Source: the human T2T-CHM13v2.0 reference genome, Homo sapiens. From it: a stretch of 64,000 nucleotides of DNA. The stretch lies in the NCBI RefSeq assembly GCF_009914755.1, contig NC_060942.1; one strand, given 5' to 3'. Shown here in pieces: positions 42,335 to 53,329 of this stretch (positions are counted from its first letter, which is position 1; the number at the start of each line of letters is the position of its first letter). The position numbers and the translations under genes were made by a program. The notes below the pieces were generated by a model that saw nothing but the letters and a program-made list of their open reading frames with translations, was not told the origin of the DNA and did no database searches.

Positions 42335-42738
42335 TAATGGAGGCATTAATTGCAATAAATTTTTTTAGTTATTTTTGAAATATTGTACAGGTTTTAATTA
42401 TGCCCCAATTTTTATTCATTTACATAGAATGACAATTTCAATTTTGATTTCCTATTTAATGAAGAAGATGTTTAAAGATGACTGGCATTTATATGATTTC
42501 AAATAAAGATAAAGAATCCTTAGGCTGGTAAGACAAGACAATGTGGAAAAAAAGGTGTTTGTGCTAAGTATCTTTTTGTTGCATTTGGGGGCAAGAGAGT
42601 AGCCAAAGGCAATTTGTACTTTTAAAAATTATTTAGCTTTATGTGGTGGCCTAATACATGGTTTGTCTTTGTGAATGTTCCATGAGTATTTGAAATAATG
42701 AATTTTTTTTGTCAATTGATGATAGCATATGAGATATT
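42335..42738 (-). repeat. Inverted repeat, right (inserted) arm, 404 bp
   Basis: Reverse complement of 41278-41682; interrupts the sense-strand L1. Confidence 0.97.
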
Positions 42739-44282
42739 CATATGGATTCAATTTTAGCAATTACCCAGCAGTATGTTAATATAAATGAAATAAGGTACTC
42801 AACTGTGTTTAATCTGTACAGTTAAATTTTAAAATACCAAAATAAATAAGTAAAAGTAGAAAAATGAACAATAACTTGAGTTCACAAGCCAGAAAATTAA
42901 GATTCGTCTGTGGTCTTTTCTCTTCCTCACTTCTCCTATCTAATTTATTACCATACTTTCTCTACTTCTAAACAAACTCAAACATCTCCCCGTTTCTCTT
43001 CATTTCTAGCACCACTCTCCTAGCATAAGGAAGTTAGATACTGGTTATATGCAGATATAATTCTTTTGAAAAAATGTATGGATTTCTTGTGAATATTATT
43101 TCAGTTCATTAGACAGAAGTCAGGCCCTCTAATACCTGTCTTGTGGAGAAGATTGGCGCCTTCATTTATTTCTTCAATCCACTCAATGCTCTCCATCCAG
43201 GAAGCATTTCTCCATCACTTACTTGAGCTATTGCAATGGTTAACCAGAGTCAGCTGTGAATTTCCCACTCCCTCCCTGTATTTTCCACACCTTGATTTTT
43301 GGTAGCCTAGGTGCCTAAAATAAAAAGTTGTTCTTATATATATTTTTTCCAATTGCTTAAAGTTTTGTTTTTCATATCCACTCCATAAATCATTTGCTTT
43401 TATGTTTTAAAGGTTGGTATGAGGTAAGGTTCTAAATTTACCATTTTTCACTTGCATATCCAATTCTCCCCATCGATTTGGAATTCATTCTCATTCCGGG
43501 GTCTGCTTTTTGTCCCATTTTTCTATTATTCTATTCTCATATAGTCACTGCAATTTTTAAAAATGTTGGTCTACAATATAATTATAGAATGCATGGATAC
43601 CAGGTGGGGCGATTGCTCCTTCATTGAGAAAGATGTGGCCCAGAAGGTTGTCTGAAAAACAAATTACTTCTTCTGCATTTTAGAGGTTTAGAAAGAAAAC
43701 TCAGTGGGTTTTTAAAAGCTGTTAAAATGATACAGCTTCAGCTCATACAGAAAGATTTAGTAATTAAATTTAAATTGCCTTGAAACTATAAAAGATTTAC
43801 TAGAAACCATTAAATTCCCAAGACATCCAAATTTTAACTTTTATCCTTAGGTAATTGTGGAAACAGGGCTTTCATTCATTAGTCCAAAATATTTTCAGCA
43901 ATATTTGCAAAAATTAGCAAATAAATATATGTAGACATGCTTACAGAGGGCTTGAAGCTGTTTTATGATATAATTACCTGCAATTCCTTCCTATTTCTAC
44001 TGGTGAACTAATTAGCATTCTCACATAGATATTCATCAAATCTTGATTTGGAGAGAGAGATAAGCATATAAAAAACAGAAGATAAATATTTGCATGTAAA
44101 ACTTCTGCTTTGTCAGCACTAGGATCCTGGCTGTATTAATTTACCAATAACATTGTAGCCTACAGAGGCTTTATCAGGATGGTTTGTATATTGAGGTTAA
44201 TGCCTTTGCAAATGAGTTTTCATTTACATCTTCTACCTAGTGGGAGCCTTTAAACCATTCTTTTGTAAAAAAAATCGGTAAT

Positions 44283-44480
44283 AGGTATTGTATATCTCAA
44301 AATACCTATGAGAAAGGATTTGAATGTTCCCACTACAAAGAAATGACAAATGTTTGAGGTGGTATGTTAATTACCCTGACTTGAGCATTATACAATATAT
44401 ACATATATCTAAACAGCACCTTGTACTGCATAAATATTTGTAATTACTATGTGTCAATTTAAAATATAGAATAAAAATGT
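44283..44480 (+). mobile_element. L1MA-like 3' terminus
   Basis: gatttgaatgttcccactacaaagaaatgacaaatgtttgaggtg...aattactatgtgtcaatttaaaa. Confidence 0.85.
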
Positions 44481-47400
44481 TTAAATATTAGGCAATAGCT
44501 AGCATGATTTTATAACATTTGAATTGAAATTATATGAAATATCAATTGTTATGCTTAATTTGTATTTAATCACAGTAGCATGATGAGTTAAAAGCTGAGT
44601 AATAGAAGTATAACAAATCATACACCTAGCCAGAATTTATTTTTATTTAGACAGAATTCAGTAAAGGCTTGTCTGTTCTTATTCATGCTGGACATGGGAA
44701 ACTTGGCTATACTGTTAAAATAAATTCTATCACCATTTTTCCTTCATCCACATTTTCAAAACTGTAGAGGTATGATTTATTTAACTTGTACTTGTATGAT
44801 GATTACAAGATATTTTCTCGATGACTCAAGCCAAAATTTAGAAATGCTATGTACAAGTTAGTTTATTTTACATTAGGCCTAAATATAAATGAATATAATT
44901 AACAATTTCACAGAAGAATTCTGATAAGCAGTTCCATGTAATCATCCCCACATAGCTGGTGTTACTATTGTTTATTGTGATTAAGACAATCATTATTTTA
45001 TGGTCCTAGCTGTACTATGCAAATATTCCTGGTCAGCTAACCCCTGATATTTTCTGTACTGAAGGGATTATTCTTGCTTCAAGTCCTTTAAGATTCATCA
45101 CATAATAATTTTTGTTTGCCAATAGACTTATTCAAAGAAAAGTCATGTCATGTTGCATTTTTTTTTCTGTTGAAGGCTTTCCTTCCCTCCAAAGTTCTCT
45201 GCTAAATGTCCACTGTTGGTTTTTAACAGAAACAGTTAACAACGTGAGAGTTTGTGCCAGCAATCTCTCTGTTGTGTCTTTCTCAGTAGCTTAGTGGTGC
45301 TTTTTCTTCTACACCATGATGATGATAATTTACACAATTTATTTTCTTCACAGAAAGAGTCTTTTTCTCACTGAAATGACACTGAAAAAAAAAAGCAGGT
45401 ATTTTGTTTGGCACAGTTCCACATCCCTGCCTCTATGTGACAAGTCTTTTGTCTTCATGCTAGGCACCCACTAGAAGCCACACGTGTTCCTGAGGACACA
45501 GCAACAAAGAAAGAGCAAAGCCCCTGCCCTCAGTGCACTTACAGTCTGGAAGCAATTAAACATTCCTCTGGCAGCAATATTTCTGGAGCATTCTTATCTA
45601 GGTATTTTGGTAACATATCAAAAAAATTGAAGAAATGTCTTCAAATGGGCACACCAAGATTTTAAACCATGGAATTAGATTGTATACTCTAAATTCATGC
45701 TTGGACTCATGAACATACACATGGATTCAATCAAAGAGAATCAAGTTTTTGATTCATTGACAAATATTTCTAAATACTTTTAAAGAACACATAATATAGA
45801 ATTATGTTTTTATCAATATTTATACAGTATATTCTGCTAGTGTTCACCAAATATTCTACATATTCATTCTTCCTCTAGTAATTGTTCACATAGATAAGAT
45901 TTCTCTAGCATTTATTCTTTGTGCTATTGTTGACCACTCTAGAGAACTGCTATAGTCATTTATTTCATTATATTTGCCCAAGGAATCTCAAAAAGAGTTT
46001 CACATTTGTTTTCTCTGAATATGTCAAATAATTTGGTCAGAATTGATATGTCCAAAGTCTAGGATGAAAACCACTAGTTTCAGGCAGTGCAGAAATGATC
46101 TGCAAAATAAAAAGTTTTCTTTGTGCTTTTTTATTTTCCACTATAAGAATATTTTCTTTTATTTGTTGACCCATGCAAGTTGACCTTTCTTGCTTACTAT
46201 TTATAATTGCAAAAACTCTGATATTACATTGGCAAATGTTGGCTGACACTTTTACATTAATTTTAAAAGCTCACTTGTCATTTTATTTTTAACCCTTTTC
46301 TCCAGATGCTCTGTGTATGGCTAAATCTGATGGTGTTGTCTGGAGTGTGAAAGAGGTTAAAATAAGTCATCCAAAGTAAACTACTGTTCTTAAAATAAGA
46401 TTATCCCATTTATACATACCGTTCCTTTATTCCTTTTTTTAAAAGAGGCTGCAAAGATTTTACTTTGATTTTAATAAATAAGTGGACTCCACTGAAAAAG
46501 CTTGAACAATCCAAAGCAATAGCTATGTGGCAATTTCATGTATTTTGTCGATTTCCAACGAACAGCAATTTGGGGAACTTCTATATTCAATAGTAGAAAA
46601 GATGCAATGTTTATTTTGCACCTTCGAGTTCATATTAATATCTGCTGATAAGAGAAGAGATAGCTTTTGCTAAGACATAACATGGCTATATGAAGTGAGA
46701 GTTAATGCTGAAGATCTCATATGCAAACATGTTGATAACAAAGCAAATATTCAATACATAGTAGAAATGAAGAATTCAAGATGACTCAGAATCACAAATT
46801 CAAAACCAGTTAGGAAGGTTATAGGTCATTGTTTAGCACCAAATGTGCTTTACTGCATAAAAATTGAGGGAAAAATGCTTAGTTTCGTAGCCTAAACTAT
46901 AATCTTTCCAAGAATTAGAAAATAAATATATATCTTATTTATAGACATCAACAGTAATGGAGTAGTTATTTATTTTTGTCAAATACTACAAAAATATGCA
47001 AACAAACCACCTAACATATGTTCTCTGTTGCTTCTTCTCTTTGGTAAGTATTTGAATACGTCAGATATAAAACATGACAAGGGAAAAGTCATTTATCAAA
47101 TAAAATTGAGTGATAGATATTTCCGAAAATATTAGAAAGCATAGAGTATGTTTTCAGGAAACTACTAATAGAATAAACCAATGTACAGATATAATTGGAC
47201 AGATATAGAGCTACAAATGAATAAGTTAAGTAATAGATATGAAATACTATGACAGAGAGTGTGGGGCATTTTACATGCTGGAGATTAGAGAAAGCTTACA
47301 AAAGGAGTCCAATAACCTTGAATGATAAAATAATTTGGTATGCAAAAATGGAAGAGGCTTATGGAACTCTGTACAGTACGGCCCCTAGAGGGGAGAGCAT

Positions 47401-49479
47401 GGGAGTGTTACAGAACACTGAGTACAAATTGGCTGAAATAGATTATTTGTAAAGAGAAATAAGAAGACAAAAAGTTGAAGTTGAGAAGTTGAACATTACA
47501 GACAAAGCGTGGAATGTTACACTAACTGCCAGGTTTAAAAGTTTATATTTTATTTTTATTTTTAAGGAAAATTGAGAATACTTGAATTTTTCAAGTGAGA
47601 ATCTTTTGACAGCACAGCATACAGTTCGTTGAAACGGGGGCCTGTTCTGGAACAGTTGTATGAAGGCGATTTGAAAGATGCGTGCTTGTTTAGTTTTGAA
47701 ATATTTGCCTTTTACAAATGTGTCTACATTCTCTTTACTGAATGTAACAGAAAATATAAAGGAAGCATGGAATTAGCCGTAGTTTTCAAATGTAAAGAAG
47801 AGTATTGTAAAGTCAGTGTCACTTATTTCAAGCTGGATGGCAAACTTCAAACCTGTATTTTTTCAAATACAAACTAATATGCAAAAGAAGGGTGTGTAGT
47901 CTGACTGAATCCACGCATTCTACTAATTACCTTTTTCTAATTAAGGTATTGGGAAAATGGAAAAGTATTCAGTATTTAAAGACTAAAAGTAAGTTTAAAA
48001 TAACTATAACATATTAAGATTCTTCATTTTAGGAGACTGTGGAGTCTAAGGTGATAATAAAACCACTATTATTAAATAATATTTTATTTTAATTATTTGC
48101 CTATTTATTAATTTTGAGAAAGGAAAGATTTGAGAGGAATTAGCAGATGCATGTTTCATGAAAGCTTAGGAATTTGTAAAGTTTGGGCAAAAGGTCAATA
48201 ATATATGATAGATTCCAGCAACAGCAATCTTTATTAAATATGAAGCTAGATCATTTTTGTTTTAACATTCCTTCCAAAACTAAAGCGAGTATCTAGACAA
48301 GTTCGAATCTCTGAATTTTACTTAACTATTCTCCAATATTCAAAAAGCTTAAAACAAATGTCATCTATTAACTCACTAAATGAGTGACAAAAGTAAATAA
48401 TGGGCATTTTTGTTGCATTTGGAACATATACAAAAGTGGCTAAATAATTGGCATAGGTCAGATAAATATTAATTTATATTGATAATTATTTATAGCTAAT
48501 GGAAAATCTCTTCAGAAATCTGTAACTGTTGGGAACATGTAAGTATCCTACCTAGATTGAAATCAGCTGACACCATCAAAAGACCATATGCTTCTGTGTT
48601 CACACAGTATTTAAAACTTTACAAAGCCAGCTGGCTTTATTTCATAATCTAATTACAAATGAAAATGTTCAGCTAAATATTGCAATGCTTGCCAAAACTT
48701 ACTTTAAATATCTTCATCTTCCTTAAGCTCCTTGTTATTGAATTTTCATGTTTCATTTCTCCTATCCTTATACTTCCTTGTTTTTCAATATTAATTTTTA
48801 ATAAAAATATTATTTACTTCACCTAAAGTATTTTGTTCTGCCTAATAAATTACTGTGGATGTTATGCAGGTGATCCAGTGAAGCAATATTATGAAAATAG
48901 GTTATTTATGTATAAGAAGCAAGGAAAGAGAGAAGTTCCACATTCTAACATATGTCATTACAATGTAAAAACATAATATTCATTCAATAATATAACAACA
49001 AAAACTCATTTGACAACAAGTAAATGTATACAATAGAACTTTTATACTATTAATGCATATTCTCTTCACAATACTCACAAAGCAATACTAACCCTTGGAT
49101 AAATGTAGACCCTCTTGTTTGACAGATGTACCTGTTATTCAATCCTTTCTGTATAGTTACATTTATTTTGGGTTTGATATTATGCACTGCTTTTTAAAAT
49201 TTGTAAAATGCAACATTTTCTGCCCATATGTTATAATTCCACGAGTTTCTTTAAAAATTACCTTTGGCTATGGGGGGTAAAGGTATTTGATTAATATCAA
49301 AATAAATGGGTTTTTGTTGATTTTATTCTTTTTAATATTTGAAAACATTTCCTTTTATCACACACAAAAAAACTATATTTTGAAATGACCCTGGATCCTT
49401 AATATATTCACACCATAGGAAGAAAAATGCTTTTATGCACTAAAGTCATGCATAATTGATTTATGTAAAGAAAAGGACC

Positions 49480-49596
49480 ATGTGGGTACAGCAAATTATC
49501 ATGGCACATGGATACCTATGTAACAAAGCTGCACATTCTGCACATGCATCCCAGAACTTAAAGTATAATAACAAAAATAAATACATAAAAATAAAA
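49480..49596 (+). mobile_element. L1PA7-like terminal ~90 nt plus A-rich tail
   Basis: tgggtacagcaaattatcatggcacatggatacctatgtaacaaagctgcacattctgcacatgcatcccagaacttaaagtataataa. Confidence 0.9.
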
Positions 49597-51269
49597 TCCC
49601 AGAATGTGGTTAAAAAAAGGATCAAGAACAGCATTTATGCAATAAATGAACATGTTTTAATGGGATATGAAAATGTTTACTTTATAAAATACAAAATTAC
49701 ATTTTCATGACTTTAGAATTGCTTATTTTAAGTTATTCAATTACAGAGCCTCGAATAGGAAACTCTTTTTGGAGCTATTGTACATAATTTTTAAAATCTG
49801 AAATTGCTTGCTGTAATTTATGGGAGAAGTTTTCACATTTTCAGAATTAGAGAAAAGTGCCCACTCTGCCTTTTTAGAACATTTTTTTCCTAAAGTCCTT
49901 CTTCTACTTTTATTTTGTTTTATCTCCTGATACTCAAAACCAAAATATATTCTAGATTACCAAAAGCACTGTTTTATGGTCAGCCAATGAGATAGACACA
50001 TAGCTCAGAAACTGGCTTAAGCTGCCTCTTAAACATGTCTTCAGTTACTCAACTTTCCCAATTCCTAGGTACGACCCAAATGGGCCATTCACCATTCTTG
50101 TCACATTCCTTGCACTTTCACATCTACACTTATTTTTAGACCTGGGATACTCTCTTGTCATTATTCCAAAAGGCTGCACATCCATTTATACCTAATTCAA
50201 AATATTTCTTTTTCATAAAGCATTTTCTATGTTATTCATTTCACCTCCAATAATCTCTCATTTCTCTGAATCCAGCTCTTTTGTCTATACAACTCACTTT
50301 TGAATTTGTTTTACTCTATTTTTTATCATCTGAACTGTATCTTATTTGTCTGAATACACATCCATGAACTGAGGACTCATATTTAATATTGTCTTCTATC
50401 TTCCTTTTTTTTTCCAATATAACGCTTTACACAGTAAAATTCTGTTACTTAATCGCGCAGTGTAAATTTTGGTGATAAGCTTTACTGTTATAAATATACT
50501 TATGTGTATATCCCCCTCCCTACATTTCAGGGTCATTAGGTATAGGAGGAGTGGTTTGTCTTTTCCATATTACCTGAGAATGCAACATTTGTGAGGCTGT
50601 CTCTTAGTATCTGGGCACCCATGTTATGGTCCAGAGAACCATTCACAAAAACTTTTGGCCTTATTTCCCATAACCCATTTCTAAAAAAGATTATATAAAA
50701 TGATTATTTGATAATTGAGACATATTATGAACACATATTTTACCTATGCATGTAAAATACATAAATATCATTATATAATTACATATATACTATTATATAA
50801 TATCAAATATGTATGTAATATTATTTATATAAAAACATATAAAATTATTCTGGATAGAAAATAGGCTTAGACAGGAAAACAAACTAATTTGGTGAGGTCT
50901 CAAATCCCTTTCCAGAAAATGTTTTATAATTTTCTGAATTTTAATTTAAGAAGCATTGATACAGGAAATATCTTAAACCCAAACAAAAACTCAAATAAAT
51001 TTAACTAGAGTACAATATGTAATGACATTTAAACTACAAAATATTGCAAGCTACAAAAATATTACAAACTATAAAAGTATGGGTTAGTATTATATCCTAC
51101 TTATCTTTTGTTTAAGCCTTAAATTAAATAGGAGGATAATATTACCATTATGGTAGGAACAATGTGTTCTGTAACAAAAATAGCACTCAAAATATTCATG
51201 GCGTCTGTTTTCTTCTTCCAAATCACTTTATACTTGAATGATTTAGTTATGAATAGAGGTTAAGGTAGA

Positions 51270-51470
51270 CAGTCTTAGGACCAGAGAAAATGAGTGTTTG
51301 TTTCAAATTCTAATTTTGCTGCTTAAGTTTAATAATCAGTCTGAACCTCCCTTTGTTCATCTGGAAAATGGAAGTAAAACCACCTGGCATGGTTTCAGTG
51401 AAGACTAAAGACATGTAAAACACCAAGCTCTGTGCTTGGTTCATAAGAGACGTTTAACAACTGGAAACTC
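51270..51470 (+). mobile_element. MIR
   Basis: tttcaaattctaattttgc...tctgaacctccctttgttcatctggaaaatgga...gtgaagactaaa. Confidence 0.6.
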
Positions 51471-51754
51471 TTAATACCATTTGCATTCTTTTGAGGGTAA
51501 ATACATTGATTTCCACCTCCATTTTTTAGCATGCTAAATATTATCTACTATATAATTTTTTCTTATCTAGTGTGATACTCTTGATGAAATCTAATTCATC
51601 AGCATGTCAATTTGATCTCTTGAGGTCTTTAACATTGTGGTATTTCCAACTTTATATTCTGCAAACTGCAAGCTTCCAAATCAAATGCACTTTGTTCTGA
51701 TTTAGCGTATTGAAATTTTCTGTAGAATGGCTAGATCCAAATAGTCTATCTGGG

Positions 51755-51845
51755 CCCCAGCATCACATAATATATTCATGTAATAAACCTGCACATGTAC
51801 CCCCTGAATCCAAAAAATAGTTGAAGTTATAAAAATAAAAAATAA
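51755..51845 (+). mobile_element. L1PB/L1PA16-like 3' terminus
   Basis: cagcatcacataatatattcatgtaataaacctgcacatgtaccccctgaatc. Confidence 0.8.
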
Positions 51846-51856
51846 TTATTATAGGG

Positions 51857-52225
51857 TATATTAGTCTGTGTTCACACTGCTATAAAGATACTATCTGAGA
51901 CTGGGTAATTTATAAAGAAAGGAGGTATTATTGACTCACAGTTCCACATGGCTGGGGTGGGCTCAGGAAACTTACAGTCATGGCAGAAGTCAAAGGGGTA
52001 GCTAGCACCTTCTGCACAGGGCAGCAGGAGAGATAGAGAGAGCAAGCAAAGGAGCATTGCCACACTTTAAAACCATCCACTCTCTTGAGAATTCACTCAC
52101 TCTCATGAGAACAACATGGGGGAAATCGCCCCCATGATCTAACATCTACCAAGTCCCTCCCCTGACATGTAAGGATTATAATTAGAGATGAGATTTCTGT
52201 GGAGACACAGAGCCAAACCATGTCA
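51857..52225 (-). mobile_element. THE1D/MSTA-like MaLR solo LTR
   Basis: tattagtctgtgttcacactgctataaaga...gacacagagccaaaccatgtca; perfect 5-bp TSD taggg (51852-51856 / 52226-52230). Confidence 0.93.
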
Positions 52226-52390
52226 TAGGGTAATGACTGATTTAAAGGTTTTATTCAGCTTCCAAATGCCAATACCGTTATACATCAAGCACTGTGGTAA
52301 GCAGTGGGGACACGTATGAAAACCATTAAACTCTCACCTTGCAAAGACTGAATCTCTCAGTATTATTTTCAAGAAAGGCCAAAAAGAGTA

Positions 52391-52423
52391 TGTGTGTGCC
52401 TGTGTGTGTGTGTGTGTGTGTGT
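52391..52423. repeat. (TG)n microsatellite
   Basis: Direct reading. Confidence 0.9.
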
Positions 52424-53014
52424 CTATTTATATATAGAAAGTATGAACAACATATCATAAGGACAAAAAATGAAAAGAGACACATAGCACTATATACTAT
52501 GGTTCTGGTGAAGGAGGGAATAAAGAAGTTGATACCCAAAAGCCATAGATTGGGCAAGAAGGATTAGAGACTTCCTCAGCACAGTTAGTTCTGAACCAGT
52601 AATAGTAGGATTTTCAACCAGATGCTGTAGCAATGAAATTTAAATGACAATCTAAAAGATAATCTAAAAATAATAAAACAATCTGGAAATAACATTAACT
52701 TTCTCTTCTGGCGTCTAAATCCTGAGTAATTGTGCCTTAGATTGCAGAAGAGTTTAAATTAATTTAGTGCAATGAAGTGAAATAAGCTGTCTTTACTTTT
52801 ATTTCCCCAATTCGATATAAGAAAAGAGTATAAATCTATAGTAAATCCTTTTACAACTGTGACGTAAGTAACTCATTTATATAGTTTCAGTACTTGATAA
52901 GTAACCAAAACATCCTTTGCTAAGAAATAAAGTCTTACAATATATGTATGGTATGTGACTATATAAATGTATTTTTATACTTGTATTTGAAATAAAGCAA
53001 TTTTTAAATCAAAT

Positions 53015-53019
53015 TTTCT

Positions 53020-53051
<32 letters not shown>

Positions 53052-53329
53052 TTTGAGACAGGGTTTTCTTTATTACCTAGGCTGAAGTGCAGTGGCGTGA
53101 TCATGGCTCACTGCAGCCACTCCCTCCCGGCTCAAGTGATCCTCCCACCTCAGCCTCCCGAGTAGCTGGGACTACAGCCACATGCCACCACACTCAGCTA
53201 ATTTTTGTATTATTTTGTAGAGACGGAGTTTCAACATGTTGCCCAGGCTGGTCTCAAACACCTGGGCTCAAGCAATCTGCCCTCCTTGGCTTTCCAAAGT
53301 GCTGGGATTACAGGTCACCATACCAGGCC
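53015..53329 (-). mobile_element. AluJ, near full length
   Basis: gatcatggctcactgcagcc...ctcaagtgatcctcccacctc...ctgggctcaagcaatc; TSD-like ttaaatcaaattttct / ttaaaacaaactttct. Confidence 0.92.

Larger units (their letters stand above)
40560..42830 (+). mobile_element. Old L1M(E) ORF2 5' part (endonuclease onward), host of the inverted duplication
   Basis: tactcatggaacattcacaaagacaaaccatgtattaggccac; aaagctggttcctggaaaa; L1-like sequence resumes after 42738 (ttagcaattacccagcagtat). Confidence 0.7.

Noticed and set aside
41278-42738. DNA transposon with 400-bp terminal inverted repeats
   Set aside because: The left arm and spacer are continuous L1 ORF2 sequence, with no transposase and no TSD around the whole unit.
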